From an uncultured Planctomycetaceae bacterium (GTDB lineage Bacteria > Planctomycetota > Planctomycetia > Isosphaerales > Isosphaeraceae): DNA of 64,000 nucleotides. The notes below the pieces were generated by a model. The model was not told the DNA's origin. It saw only the letters and a list, made by a program, of their open reading frames with translations, and did not search any database. The stretch covers positions 864,001-928,000 of the forward strand of contig CAWIAD010000002.1 in assembly GCA_963833985.1 (NCBI GenBank). The letters are read 5' to 3'. Shown piece after piece: positions 1 to 11,500 of this stretch. Positions within the stretch are counted from its first letter, which is position 1; each line of letters opens with the position of its first letter. The position numbers and the translations under genes were made by a program.

Positions 1-87
1 TTCATGTGGTGGGTCCATCGGCGGCTGAATCGCTCGACCGGAGACGCTTCATGCGCGCACCATGGCTCTATGGCTGTCTCCGCGTAG
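1..87 (+). CDS. 3' end of an upstream CDS (truncated by window edge)
   Basis: Frame 1 open from base 1 (FMWWVHRRLN...MAVSA*), co-oriented with the downstream glycosyltransferase cluster; too short to identify. Confidence 0.35.
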   Translation, partial: FMWWVHRRLNRSTGDASCAHHGSMAVSA

Positions 88-132
88 CCTGGTTTTGCCC
101 GGAACCCGAGAACCCTGGAGTCCGTCTGGAAG

Positions 133-1398
133 ATGATGTCTGACTGCTCAAACGATGCAGGAAGGGGGCCAAGCATGGGAGTGATGGCAAGCTGCCGGGC
201 GGCCGTCCGCAGGATGCTGCCTGGCCCACTCTCATCGATCGAGAAGATTGATATTTGCCGTGGCCTGTTCGCATTTCTGGTGGTCGCGGCGCATGCGATG
301 GACATCTCCTGGGTGATTCACCCCCAGGCGCCGGGAGCGCTTACACGCCCGGTTCATGACCTGCTGCTCTATGTTGCTGCCGCCGGAGTCTACTGGGTGA
401 TCGGGTTTTTCGTGATCAGCGGCTACTGCATCCAGCTCTCTGTCGAGCGTCAGGTCCAGGGTCCTGGGTTCTCGCTGCGCCACTATCTGGCCGCACGCCT
501 GTCGCGGATCTTGCCGCTGTACTACCTGGCACTTCTGGTTGCCGTGGTGGTCGAGTGGCTCATCGCGTCGGATCGGCCGCCATGCTGGCCGCAGGGAGTT
601 GAGCTGCGGGCGTTCGCGGCCCAGTTGTTCGTGGTCCAGAACCTCACCCAGACGTATGGCTCGTTCGCACCTTCCTGGAGTATCACCAATGAGATGTTTT
701 ATTACATCCTCTATGGACTGATCGTGAACGCGACGGCGCGTCGCGGGCTCCGGTCGACCATTCTGGGCATGGGCCTCTGTCTGGTCTCCGCGCTGCTCCT
801 GGACTGGATCTACTTTTTCGGGTTCCGGACGGGGTATGTGCGAAGTCCAGGGCTGCTCTTTGGTCTGGGGATCATCTGGTTCCAGGGAGCTCTCGTGGCC
901 GAGTATCGTGGGCGTCTTGGCCACTCGCGTCCGGCCCGGATTCTTTCCATGTTCTGGCCGCTGGTGCTCATCCTGGCGATGACGCTCTGGTACCTGCAAG
1001 CGGTCCATTTGCAGGTGGTGTACCTGGTGCTCGGCCTGGCGTTCACGCTCATGCTTGTGCGATTCGTGGCCACCGAGCCTGCCCGTTCCATCCCTGCTTC
1101 CCGAAGAAAACTCGGAGCGTTTATCCGCTTGCTCGGACTGGCAAGCTATCCCACCTACGTTTTTCACGGCCCGATCCTCCTGTTCACCGGTTCGGTGATC
1201 ATGCACTGGAACCTGGTTGCCGACTGGCGAGTGACCTGGCTGCTGCTGGCGACTGTGGGCACTGGCTCGGGACTGTTCCTGGGCCACGTGCTTGAGCGTC
1301 CGGTCATGGCCTGGCGGGCACGGTACCTGGCGCGCCTTGCAAGGCCGCAGCCAACGGTACTGCTGGGAAGTGAGCCTATCCTGGGAACCACTCAGTAA
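133..1398 (+). CDS. Acyltransferase family 3 (OafA-like) membrane O-acyltransferase
   Basis: IDICRGLFAFLVVAAH, FFVISGY, RLSRILPLYY, WSITNEMFYY, SYPTYVFHGP motifs; multiple TM helices; true start may be a slightly later ATG. Confidence 0.9.
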   Translation: MMSDCSNDAGRGPSMGVMASCRAAVRRMLPGPLSSIEKIDICRGLFAFLVVAAHAMDISWVIHPQAPGALTRPVHDLLLYVAAAGVYWVIGFFVISGYCIQLSVERQVQGPGFSLRHYLAARLSRILPLYYLALLVAVVVEWLIASDRPPCWPQGVELRAFAAQLFVVQNLTQTYGSFAPSWSITNEMFYYILYGLIVNATARRGLRSTILGMGLCLVSALLLDWIYFFGFRTGYVRSPGLLFGLGIIWFQGALVAEYRGRLGHSRPARILSMFWPLVLILAMTLWYLQAVHLQVVYLVLGLAFTLMLVRFVATEPARSIPASRRKLGAFIRLLGLASYPTYVFHGPILLFTGSVIMHWNLVADWRVTWLLLATVGTGSGLFLGHVLERPVMAWRARYLARLARPQPTVLLGSEPILGTTQ

Positions 1399-1416
1399 GT
1401 TCCCGCGGGAAGAGGT

Positions 1417-2616
1417 ATGGACATGATCTTCTCACTCTGCTTTACCAATTTCGGGCCTTATCACCTGGCCCGTCTGCGAGCGCTCGCCAGTGCCTTACGC
1501 GAGCGCGGTGATTGCCTGATCGTCTATGAGATGGCAGCCACCGAGCAGACTTACCCCTGGCAGCGATCCAGGCAGTCCGAGCCTTTCGACTGGATCACGC
1601 TGTTCCCGGATCGCGTGCTGGAGAGCGTGAGCCCGAGGGCCTGTGCCAAAGCCATGACACGGGTTCTCGACCGTGACCAGCCTGATGCCCTGGGAATCGT
1701 GGGCTATGCCCGGCCCGAGTCCATGGCCGCGGTGCGCTGGGCGCGGCGACACGGACGCACAGCGATCTTGATGTCGGAGAGTCAGGCCATTGACCGGCCG
1801 CGCACCTGGTGGAAAGAGCTGATCAAGCGGCAGCGGGTGAGCCGCTTCGATGCCGCCCTCGTCGGTGGTCCCGCACACCGTGACTACCTTGCCGATCTGG
1901 GAATGTCTACGGATCAGATTACCCTGGGCTACAATGCAGTGGACAACGGGTTTTATCGTGATCAGGCTGCGGCCTGGCGGAATCACCCTGAGGGACGAAC
2001 CTGCCTGCCAACGGCTCCGTACTTCCTGTCTGTTTGCCGCTTTGTGCCCGAGAAGAACTTACTGCGGCTCATCAAGGCATTTGCTCACCATCGTGACCAG
2101 GCCCCTCCAAATGAGGCATGGGAGCTGGTTCTCTGCGGCGACGGTCCGCAAGCGGGCCAGATCGAGGAAGCCATCCGCACCAGCGGTCATGCGGGGGCAA
2201 TCCACCGACCCGGCTTTTTGCAGGCTGCCGAGCTGTGCCGGCTCTATGCATATGCAGCAGGATTCATCCTTCCCAGCATCTCGGAACCCTGGGGTCTAGT
2301 CGCCAACGAGGCCGCGAGTACGGGCCTGCCCTTGCTCATCTCGGACCGGGCCGGTTGTGCCGCCACGCTCGTTCCTGAGGCTCAGCCCACCTCGGGCGCC
2401 CGGTTTGATCCCTTCGATGTTGAGGAGATCTGTCAAAAGCTCACGTGGCTTTCAGCGCTCTCGGAGTCTGACCGCCGGTCCATGGGCGAACGTGCCGCTC
2501 AGATCGTGGATGCCTGGGGCCCCGATCGGTTTGCCCGGGGAACCCTCGAGGCGCTGGAGCGAGCCGCCCGGCCGACACGACACGCTCGATTCCCTGTCCT
2601 CGAAGCAGTGAGGTGA
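1417..2616 (+). CDS. Glycosyltransferase family 4
   Basis: GT-B C-terminal motifs RFVPEKN, LCGDGP, EPWGLVANEA. Confidence 0.9.
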   Translation: MDMIFSLCFTNFGPYHLARLRALASALRERGDCLIVYEMAATEQTYPWQRSRQSEPFDWITLFPDRVLESVSPRACAKAMTRVLDRDQPDALGIVGYARPESMAAVRWARRHGRTAILMSESQAIDRPRTWWKELIKRQRVSRFDAALVGGPAHRDYLADLGMSTDQITLGYNAVDNGFYRDQAAAWRNHPEGRTCLPTAPYFLSVCRFVPEKNLLRLIKAFAHHRDQAPPNEAWELVLCGDGPQAGQIEEAIRTSGHAGAIHRPGFLQAAELCRLYAYAAGFILPSISEPWGLVANEAASTGLPLLISDRAGCAATLVPEAQPTSGARFDPFDVEEICQKLTWLSALSESDRRSMGERAAQIVDAWGPDRFARGTLEALERAARPTRHARFPVLEAVR

Positions 2617-2620
2617 TGTC

Positions 2621-3811
2621 ATGAGCACAGCTCAGGCCGTTCCGGAACTTCAGCAGGAAGTGAGCCGACACACCGGACACAGCCGCTGGCTGCACATCTG
2701 TAATGGGCTTGATCCCATACGCGACGGCGGCATGGTGCCCAGCATTCTGGGCATGACCGGGGCGATCCGCCGGCTGGGTAGCGACGTCGGTATCCTGACA
2801 CCTACGGCCTCCCGGATCGATGCGCTGCCGGCTGAGGTATTTCCTTGTCTCCGAGGTCCGGAGACCAGCCTGGAAGCGGCTGTCCGAGCCGCCGAGGTTG
2901 TTCATCTTCACGGCCTCTGGCAAGGGCATATCCGGCGCGGGGCGAGAACCGCGCGCACGGCGCATGTGCCCTACCTGATCACCGCTCATGGCATGGCCGA
3001 GCCCTGGGCCTTGCGGCACAAGCGGTGGAAGAAGGAGCTTTACCTCAGGCTCGTCGAATCGCGAAACCTGCGTCAGGCTGCCTGTCTGCATGCGCTGTCG
3101 CGCCCCGAGATCGGACATCTGAGACACCTGGCGCCATGGACGCCGGTCTGCTTCGTACCCAACGGAGTTCAACTCGACGTCTTTGATCACCTGCCGCCAC
3201 GAGCTTGCCTGGAGCAAGAGTTCCCGGAGCTGAAGGACAAATTTGTGCTCCTGTTTTTCGGCCGGGTACACGTCAAGAAAGGGCTTGATCTCCTGGCCAC
3301 GGCGATGGGCCATCTGGCGCGCGAGTTTACTGATCTCCACCTGCTGGTTGCAGGCAAGGACGATGGCGCCTGGAAGCCGTTCCATGCGCGGATGCAGTCG
3401 CTCAGGCTGGCAGATCGAACGACCTATGCGGGGTACGTGGCCGGCGAGCGTGCCCGCCGGGTCTGGGCCGCGGCCGACGCCTTCGTTCTACCCAGCTACA
3501 GCGAGGGCTTCAGCATGGCGATCCTCGAGGCTCTTGCCTGTTCGCTCCCCTGTGTGATCACGACGGCATGCCACTTCCCGGAGCTGGCGAGTGCCCAGGG
3601 GGCCATTGTTGTTGAACCCGAGGAAGCTGGAGTCACCCAGGGACTGCGCGGGCTCCTGGAACGGAGCCACGACGAGCGCCTGCGGATGGGACAGATGGGC
3701 CGGCAACTCGTTGAGCGTGACTATACCTGGGATCAACAAGCACAGCGCCTGGTAGCTGTCTATCACTGGCTACGCGGTGGTGGGGCCCGACCCGACTGTG
3801 TGGTGCTTTGA
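2621..3811 (+). CDS. Glycosyltransferase family 4
   Basis: HLHGLW, GRVHVKKGLD, PSYSEGFSMAILEA motifs. Confidence 0.9.
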   Translation: MSTAQAVPELQQEVSRHTGHSRWLHICNGLDPIRDGGMVPSILGMTGAIRRLGSDVGILTPTASRIDALPAEVFPCLRGPETSLEAAVRAAEVVHLHGLWQGHIRRGARTARTAHVPYLITAHGMAEPWALRHKRWKKELYLRLVESRNLRQAACLHALSRPEIGHLRHLAPWTPVCFVPNGVQLDVFDHLPPRACLEQEFPELKDKFVLLFFGRVHVKKGLDLLATAMGHLAREFTDLHLLVAGKDDGAWKPFHARMQSLRLADRTTYAGYVAGERARRVWAAADAFVLPSYSEGFSMAILEALACSLPCVITTACHFPELASAQGAIVVEPEEAGVTQGLRGLLERSHDERLRMGQMGRQLVERDYTWDQQAQRLVAVYHWLRGGGARPDCVVL

Positions 3812-3856
3812 GTGCGCCTTGAGCACGGCCCTGTACTACTGGTGGAGATCTGAACC

Positions 3857-4846
3857 ATGCCTCTTGCCCACGCTCTGACTCACAAATCCCCGCACAGTGA
3901 AGTGCCCCAGCGCGCGCTGACTGCGCTCAAGACCCCTGTGAGCGTGATTGTGCCCGTGAAGAATGAGGCAGAAAACCTCAATCGGTGTCTGGCGGCACTT
4001 ACCTGGACCGATGAGGTTTTCGTGGTGGACAGCCAGAGCAGCGATGCAACAGCCAATGTGGCAGCCACGTTCGGTGCCACGGTCGTTCAGTTCCACTACA
4101 ACGGGACCTATCCCAAGAAGAAGAACTGGGCCCTGGAGAACCTCGACTTCCGCAATGACTGGGTCCTGATCGTCGATGCCGATGAAGTGGTGCCTTCGGA
4201 GCTGGCGACGGAGATCACTGAACGCGTTCAGTCAGAGGAGGCCGAGGGCTATTATCTGAATTCCAGGTACTTCTTCCTGGGCCGGTGGATCCGCCATTGC
4301 GGCTATGCGGAATGCTGGAACCTGCGGCTCTTCCGGCACCACCTTGGCCGCTACGAGCGCATGGTGGACCACACCGCGGGCCGGACAGGCGATAACGAAG
4401 CTCACGAGCATGTCGAGCTTGATGGCCGGGCGCTGTACCTTACACATGAGCTGGAACATCATGCATACCCGACCATCGCTACCTGGGTCGAGAAGCATAA
4501 TCGCTACGCCGTCTGGGAAGCCGCAATGTATGAGCGGTTCCTGAACGAGCCAGTGCCTGCGATGATCGGCCGTGGCAAACAGTTCAAGCGATGGCTCAAG
4601 AAGATCTACCTGCGCTTGCCCATGCGCCCCCTGGTCCGTTTCCTCTACTCCTACATCATCCGGCTTGGTTTCCTGGATGGAAAGGCAGGGCTGGTCTTCT
4701 GTACCTTGCTCTCGTTTTACGATTTTCTCTGCTGGGCGAACGTCTACGAGCAAGAGATGACGCAAAGCGGAATCATCAGTTGCACTGAGCAAAGCCAGTC
4801 AAAACAGGGCGACCGCTCCTGCATGGAACGGTCGCCCTCTGCTTGA
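3857..4846 (+). CDS. Glycosyltransferase family 2
   Basis: SVIVPVKNE, VVDSQSSD, WVLIVDADE (DxD), GFLDGKAG motifs. Confidence 0.9.
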   Translation: MPLAHALTHKSPHSEVPQRALTALKTPVSVIVPVKNEAENLNRCLAALTWTDEVFVVDSQSSDATANVAATFGATVVQFHYNGTYPKKKNWALENLDFRNDWVLIVDADEVVPSELATEITERVQSEEAEGYYLNSRYFFLGRWIRHCGYAECWNLRLFRHHLGRYERMVDHTAGRTGDNEAHEHVELDGRALYLTHELEHHAYPTIATWVEKHNRYAVWEAAMYERFLNEPVPAMIGRGKQFKRWLKKIYLRLPMRPLVRFLYSYIIRLGFLDGKAGLVFCTLLSFYDFLCWANVYEQEMTQSGIISCTEQSQSKQGDRSCMERSPSA

Positions 4847-4883
4847 CAGCCTGGGTGCCGAAGTGGCCTGACGCCATGCCGGC

Positions 4884-6395
4884 TCAAGAGCCGTTGGTTG
4901 CGGGCGGAATGAAGTTGGTGGAGAGGGGAATGGCATTGAATTCGTTCGCGCCGATGGTGGCGATCTGCGAACTCGTCAGGCCAATCTGCATCGCCGCCTG
5001 GGCCGAGACCCAGTGCCGTTGGCCGCCACTCATCTGGTCCACTTCTCCTGTCTGATTGTTCTGAATGAAGATCCCGTTGGGATAGTAGGCGTTCCCCTGC
5101 GGGATGGCGTTGTACTGCGTGGAGGTCACCGGGATCAACTGCGTGTTACTCAGGCCCATCACCGTGGCGACAGGTGTGTCAACCACGTGGTTGTAACGCC
5201 CGCTATACTGTGAGATCTCACCGGTTGTCTCGTTCTGGAGGAATGCCCCCTGAGGGTAATAGTCCAGCCCTTGCGGGATCTGGTTGAACTGGCTTGCGCT
5301 GATAGCCGTGACCTGGGAAGCCGGGAAGTTCATCATGGTTGCTACTTGCACTGAAATCCAGTGCCGCTGACCGCCACTGTAGAGATCGACCTCACTGGTC
5401 TGGGCGTTCTGGATGAGCATGCCTTCAGGGAAGTAGTCGTTTCCCTTGGATACCTTGTTGTACTGGTCGGCCGTGATGGTCACCACGTTGCTGCCGTTGA
5501 GCCCCATCTTGGTAGCCACGGGAACGGACACGAGATGGAATTCACCACTGGAGTACTGAGAGATCTCTCCCGTGGACGCGTTCCGCAGGTACATTCCATC
5601 CGGGAAATAATCGGACCCTTGCGGAATCAGGTTAAAGTTATTTGAGTTCACATAAGTCAATTGGGTTGTGTTGATGCCCATCTGGATCGCGACCGGCGGC
5701 GAGACCAGGTGCCGGCTTCCGCTGCTGTACTGATCGATCTCACCGGTCTGCGCATTGACGATGAGCGTGCCGTCCGGAAATGTGGGCGGAGCGGGCGTGG
5801 GAGTCGGGGTCGGAGTTGGAGTCGGAGTCGGAGTCGGAGTTGGGGTTGGGGTTGGGGTTGGAGTTGGCGTCGGGGTCGGAGTTGGCATCGGAGTCGGAGT
5901 AGGGGTCCCAGTTGGAGTCGGAGTCGGAGTTGGGGTGGCCGTTGGCGTCGGAGTGGGGGTTGGCGTCGATGTTGGAGTGGGGGTCGGCGTGGGGGTCGGC
6001 GTTGCTGTTGCGGTGGGGGTCGGGGTGGGGGTCGGCGTTTGCGTTGATGCCGGCGTGGGGGTCGGCGTTTGCGTTGATGCCGGCGTGGGGGTCGGTGTAG
6101 CGGTCGGGGTCGTAACTGAATTACTGGTGGGGCTCCCGTTCACCGTGGTTTCCACGTTCACGGGAACGTTGATCATCGGCGACTGGGCCTGCGTCTGCAT
6201 GATGCGCAGGATTCGTGTCGGTCGGGCATGCGGCAAGGGATGGCGGACGATCCGCACATGCGCGTGCGGAAGCCTGGCATGATGGACGGCCGAGAGCAGC
6301 ACCCGCCCCTCGAGGTCTTCCAGCGTAGTATGGAAATCGACTTTGCGGCGAGTGGTCTGACCCGCGAGTCCGTTCATGGAATGAGCGTGAAACAT
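4884..6395 (-). CDS. Secreted planctomycete protein: LEPR-XLL-type leader, Pro/Thr linker, five 58-aa repeats
   Basis: [11 protein letters not shown] motif, long (PT)n tract, five repeats beginning F/YPxG and ending near IPQGxxY. Confidence 0.8.
   Translation of the reverse strand: MFHAHSMNGLAGQTTRRKVDFHTTLEDLEGRVLLSAVHHARLPHAHVRIVRHPLPHARPTRILRIMQTQAQSPMINVPVNVETTVNGSPTSNSVTTPTATPTPTPASTQTPTPTPASTQTPTPTPTPTATATPTPTPTPTPTSTPTPTPTPTATPTPTPTPTGTPTPTPMPTPTPTPTPTPTPTPTPTPTPTPTPTPTPTPAPPTFPDGTLIVNAQTGEIDQYSSGSRHLVSPPVAIQMGINTTQLTYVNSNNFNLIPQGSDYFPDGMYLRNASTGEISQYSSGEFHLVSVPVATKMGLNGSNVVTITADQYNKVSKGNDYFPEGMLIQNAQTSEVDLYSGGQRHWISVQVATMMNFPASQVTAISASQFNQIPQGLDYYPQGAFLQNETTGEISQYSGRYNHVVDTPVATVMGLSNTQLIPVTSTQYNAIPQGNAYYPNGIFIQNNQTGEVDQMSGGQRHWVSAQAAMQIGLTSSQIATIGANEFNAIPLSTNFIPPATNGS
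5790..6115. repeat. Coding hexamer-type tandem repeat (Pro-Thr linker)
   Basis: ggagtc/ggggtt/ggggtc units on the + strand encode TPTPTP on the - strand; boundaries approximate. Confidence 0.9.
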
Positions 6396-6697
6396 GCCCC
6401 CTGAGCCCTCCTGGCTGAAAGGTTCCTTGCAGAGCCGGCCGTCAAATCACGAAATCTTGCATGATCGTGATTTGCGGCAAACTCCACACGCAAGCTCATC
6501 GAAGTACTGTCGGCAAGAGCCGTTGAATTCTTGAGTGATTCCCGGATACCTGCCCGGTGAATGATGGCAGGTGATCGGGCATCATCGTGTCAGAGCGGAG
6601 GGCCCCTTCGCAGTTCTTGGGGCTTCCCGCTCCTTTGTTCCCATGCTCAACGGGTTGCTGGTTGTGCCATCTGCTCGGGGATATTTCAGCTGGTCGG

Positions 6698-8341
6698 TCA
6701 GCGTGGGGGAGATGGCGGCGTCTCACTGCGGCGGAATGGTGAGTCAAAGAGCGGGGTCGAGACAGCAGGGTTTGGTGGTGCTGCACTCGAGCCTGGGGCA
6801 GATCCTGAGCGGGAACTGGCATTCGTGGCGGCCGCCTCAGCCTGGTTGAGCATTCCCTGGATGAGGGTCGGGGTGCCGAGCGCCAGCAAGAGGTCTGCCT
6901 GTGCCTGAGTGGCGGCCCAGATCGCATCGATCTCGGCCGTCTTGAGCTGGATCAGCCGCTGCCGTGCCTGGATCAGCTTGGTCAGGTCGGCCTGTCCCTG
7001 TTCGAACAGCCGTTCGAGCCTGCTCACTTCCCGTGTGAGCTCGGCAGTCAGGCCCACCGTCTCTTTCACAAGGCCGGATGCGCCATTCCATTTCGAGAGT
7101 GCTGAACGGACCTGCGACACAGCTCGCCGCTGGGCCTGCTCCAACGCCAGGTGCGCCCGGCAGTGGTCGGCCACACGCTGGCGGACAAGGGGCGTGCCCG
7201 TGTTCCAGATCGGGATGGGCGTGATGTAGACCAGGCCAATGTACTGGATCCCGGCTTCGTCCATGGCATACTGCGGGCCGATAACCGGGCTGGGAATACG
7301 GTCGGCGCGCGACAGGTTCTCGGCGGCCTTGGTTCCGCGCACCGCGGCCTGTGCGGCGAGAATGTCCGGGCGGTTCTGAAGAGCCAGATCGATGAGCTCT
7401 TGCTCCTTGGCCGGGGGAATGAACGGAGGCAGCGTGAACTCTCCCAGCGGTTCGGCTGCACCCGCGGATTCCGGAATGCCCATCTGGTTGCGCAAATCAG
7501 TCAAGGCCGTGACGTAATCCTGCTGTGCCGCGGTGACGAGCTGCCGCGTTGCCTGGTTCTCAACACGGGCCAGGACGACATCCGCGGCAAGAATCTGGTT
7601 GGCCCTGAGCCGCCGTTCCAACGTTTGCAGCAGCCGCTCATTGAAGTCTGCCAGCTCGGTGGCCACCTTGAGCCGCTCGCGCCGGTAGGCAGCCGTCTCG
7701 AAGAAGCGGTAGGCCTGTACCAGGGCAAGTAACTCGGCCTGCACCACAGTCCAGCGCTGCTGGTCAAACGCCGCCTGCGCAATGTGGTACCGGTGCGTGG
7801 TCTGGTGGCCAAGCTCAATGGGCTGCCGAAGGGAAAGGTAGAAATAGAACTGGCCGAAGTGGTAATAACCGGTATTCGTCTTCTGGCCGCCCCCTCCAAA
7901 GGGATTTTGCGGAATCAGCGTGATGGGACGCAGGTCACACCACAATGTCGGGTTCAGCGTGGTGGGGAAATGCCGTGCCACCTCGACAGCCTCGGCGGAT
8001 GGCGTCGTGGGGCTGCCCAGACGCAGCGTGGCCAGATCAGGATTGCTGGTCAACGTCCCGAAGAGTGCAGCTTGCAGGCTCACCGACTGGCTGCCGACGC
8101 TCGGGCTTGCCGCCTCGCGAGGGACACTTGCCGGTGGGATGGGAGGAGCCATGTTCATGCCAAAGGGTTGGCTGTCTTGAGGCCCGTTCTGGGTGCGCCG
8201 CAGCGGTGGATCTCTACGTGGATTGGGGACCGGGGCCGGGGCATTGGGTTTCTGAGGGAGGTCGCCGGCCAGGCACGTGCCGACGAAGAAGCCGATCATC
8301 CAAACAGGTCTTTGCAATGCAATGAGCGGGCGCATGGGCAT
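6698..8341 (-). CDS. TolC/CzcC-family outer membrane efflux protein
   Basis: Signal peptide, ALQNRPDILAA motif, helical OEP-type repeats, LFEQGQADLTKLIQAR. Confidence 0.8.
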   Translation of the reverse strand: MPMRPLIALQRPVWMIGFFVGTCLAGDLPQKPNAPAPVPNPRRDPPLRRTQNGPQDSQPFGMNMAPPIPPASVPREAASPSVGSQSVSLQAALFGTLTSNPDLATLRLGSPTTPSAEAVEVARHFPTTLNPTLWCDLRPITLIPQNPFGGGGQKTNTGYYHFGQFYFYLSLRQPIELGHQTTHRYHIAQAAFDQQRWTVVQAELLALVQAYRFFETAAYRRERLKVATELADFNERLLQTLERRLRANQILAADVVLARVENQATRQLVTAAQQDYVTALTDLRNQMGIPESAGAAEPLGEFTLPPFIPPAKEQELIDLALQNRPDILAAQAAVRGTKAAENLSRADRIPSPVIGPQYAMDEAGIQYIGLVYITPIPIWNTGTPLVRQRVADHCRAHLALEQAQRRAVSQVRSALSKWNGASGLVKETVGLTAELTREVSRLERLFEQGQADLTKLIQARQRLIQLKTAEIDAIWAATQAQADLLLALGTPTLIQGMLNQAEAAATNASSRSGSAPGSSAAPPNPAVSTPLFDSPFRRSETPPSPPR

Positions 8342-8564
8342 GCATCCTGCTTGGATTAGGCAAAAGATCGAGATTCTTCGTCCTGAAGGAATCCCGCAGC
8401 GCGGTAGTTTTGCCCTACCGCATCGCTTCCGGTACGTTCATCGGCTCGTGGGGAATTGGGCTTTCTACGGGGAAGGAAAAACTTAGAATTCGGTACCTGT
8501 CCTATCATCCAGGCAGGGGTGCAGAATTCGGGATTTCTCCAAGAGACGTGACCAGGAGAGGCGC

Positions 8565-11500
8565 TCACGGGAGCGGCTTGCTTGCAGTGGGGGCCACCGC
8601 GGGAGAGTAGGTGCCTGCCAGCAAATCCTGGAGAGCGTAAACGTTGAGCTTGCCAGCCCTGAGCCGTTCCATGGCTGCGACGGCGGCCCGGGCACCCGCG
8701 ATGGTCGTGATGCAAGGAACGCCATGACTGACCGCGCTGGCGCGGATGCGGCCCTCGTCGGTCCGCGCTCCCTTGCCGCTGGGGGTGTTCACGATCAGGT
8801 CGATGGTGCCGTTGGCCAGGTGATCCAGCAGGTTCGGGCGGCCTTCACGGATTTTTCGGATCGTGCTGATCTCGATGCCATGCTGCACCAGGGTGCTGAC
8901 CGTGCCGCTCGTGCCGATCAACCGGAAGCCCAGAGTGGCCAGCCTGCGCACGATGGGCACAACGGCCTGCCGATCGCGCTGGGCCACGCTGACAAAGACG
9001 GTCCCCTGCGCCGGTAGCCGGCTCAGCGCTGCAAGCTGGCTCTTGGCGAAGGCCGAGGGGAAATCGATGTCAATGCCCATGACCTCGCCCGTGGAGCGCA
9101 TCTCGGGGCCAAGAACGATATCCACGCCGGGAAACTTGGCAAACGGGAACACAGCCTCCTTCACCGAGACGTAGCGCGGCACGATCTCGACGGTGACACC
9201 CTGCTCCTCGAGAGACTGACCGACCATGACCCGTGCCGCCACCTGTGCCAGATTCAGCCCCGTGGCCTTGGAGACAAACGGCACGGTTCGCGATGCGCGG
9301 GGGTTCACCTCCAGCACGTAAACGTCGCCATCCTTCACGGCGAACTGGATGTTCATCAGACCGCGCACATCGAGGGCCTGCGCCAGGGCATAGGTCTGGG
9401 TTTTCAGCTCGGCGATGAGCGCTTCCGGCAGTGAGAACGGAGGAATGGCGCAGGCGCTATCGCCGGAATGAATGCCGGCCTCCTCGATGTGCTCCATCAC
9501 GCCGCCCACGATGGTGCGCTGGCCGTCGCAGACCGCGTCGACGTCAATCTCGATTGCGTCTTCCAGGAACTTGTCGATGAGGATGGGGTGTTCGGGGCTG
9601 GCCTCCACGGCCTCGGTCATGTACCGGTCCAGGCTCTGCTGGTCGTAGACGATCTCCATGGCGCGCCCGCCCAGCACGAAGCTGGGCCGGACCACGACCG
9701 GGTAACCGATGCGTTCGGCGATCCGCCGCGCCTCCTCGTGCCGGGTTGCCGAGGCATTCGGCGGCTGCCGCAGGCCCAGGCGTTCGATCACCAGCCGGAA
9801 CCGCTCGCGATCCTCGGCAAGATCGATGCTCTCGGGGCTCGTGCCAATGATCGGCACGCCGGCTGCCTCTAGTGCCTTGGCCAGGTTCAGCGGCGTCTGC
9901 CCGCCAAACTGGACGATCACGCCCTGGGGGCTGATGCGATCGCAGATGTTCAGCACATCCTCGACCGTGAGCGGCTCAAAGAAGAGGCGGTCCGAGGTAT
10001 CATAGTCGGTACTGACCGTCTCGGGATTGGAGTTGACCATCACCACCTCGTAGCCGTCGGCCTTCAGCGCGAAGGCCGCCTGGCAGCAGCAATAATCGAA
10101 CTCGATCCCCTGGCCGATCCGGTTCGGGCCTCCACCCAGAATCATGATCCGCGGCCGATCGCTGACCCGCGCCTCGTCCTCGTGCTCGTAGCACGAATAA
10201 TAGTAGGGCGTGATGGCCTCGAACTCGGCGGCGCACGTGTCCACCAGTTTGAAGACAGCGTTGATCCCACGCTGCTGGCGGTGCCGCCGAACCTCCACCT
10301 CCGTGGTCTCCCAGAGCGTCGCCAGCTGCCGGTCTGAGAAGCCGTTCTGCTTCGCCAGCCGGATCAGTTCGTCACTGGCCTCATCCAGTGTCTGGGCTTG
10401 CCTCAGCCGGCCCTCGATGTGAACCAGGTCTTCGATGCAGGCCAGGAACCAGGGGTCGATTCCCGTGGTCGTGTGAATCCGATCGACGTCCATACCGGCC
10501 AGGAACGCGTAGCGGATGTACCAGATGCGCTCCGTGTTGGGGATAGCCAAGCGCGATCGGATCTCATCCTCGCTGGGCTGGCGCACTGCCCCACAGGTCT
10601 TTCTTGTCGCAGCCCAGGCCGAACCGGCCCACCTCGAGCCCGCGGAGTGCCTTTTGCAGAGATTCCTTGAAGGTGCGGCCGATCGCCATCACCTCGCCAA
10701 CAGACTTCATCTGGGTTGTCAGCACCGGGTCGGCGTCAGGGAACTTCTCGAATGCCCAGCGGGGTACTTTCGTCACCACGTAGTCGATCGTCGGCTCAAA
10801 GCATGCCGGGGTCTCTCGCGTGATGTCGTTGCGGATCTCGTCCAGCCGCATACCAACGGCCAGCTTCGCGGCAATCTTGGCAATCGGAAAGCCCGTGGCT
10901 TTGCTGGCCAGCGCACTGGAGCGGCTGACGCGCGGGTTCATCTCGATGACGATCATCCGCCCATCCCGGGGGTTGATCGCGAACTGGACGTTCGACCCGC
11001 CCGTCTCCACGCCAATCGCCCGCAGGATGGCCAGCGAGGCATTGCGCATCCGCTGGTATTCTTTATCCGTGAGCGTCTGCGCCGGAGCCACCGTGATGCT
11101 GTCACCTGTGTGAATGCCCATGGGATCAAAGTTCTCGATGGAGCAGACAATCACGGCGTTGTCCGCCCCGTCGCGCATCACCTCCATCTCGTACTCTTTC
11201 CAGCCGAGTACACTCTCCTCGATGAGGACGGAGTGCACGGGAGAAAGCTCGATCGCATAGGCCACCATGCGGTCGAACTCCTCGCGATTGTAAGCGATGC
11301 CTCCGCCCGAGCCTCCCAGCGTGAAACTGGGGCGCAGCACGCAAGGCAGGCCGACCTGGTCGCGGATCGCCCGGGCTTCATGCAGGTTGTGGGCCAGGTC
11401 GCTGCGGGCGCTTTCCAGGCCGATCTCTTCCATGCAGCGCTTGAATAGCGCGCGGTCCTCGGCCTTGCGAATCGCCGCGGCACTGGCACCGATCAGGATA

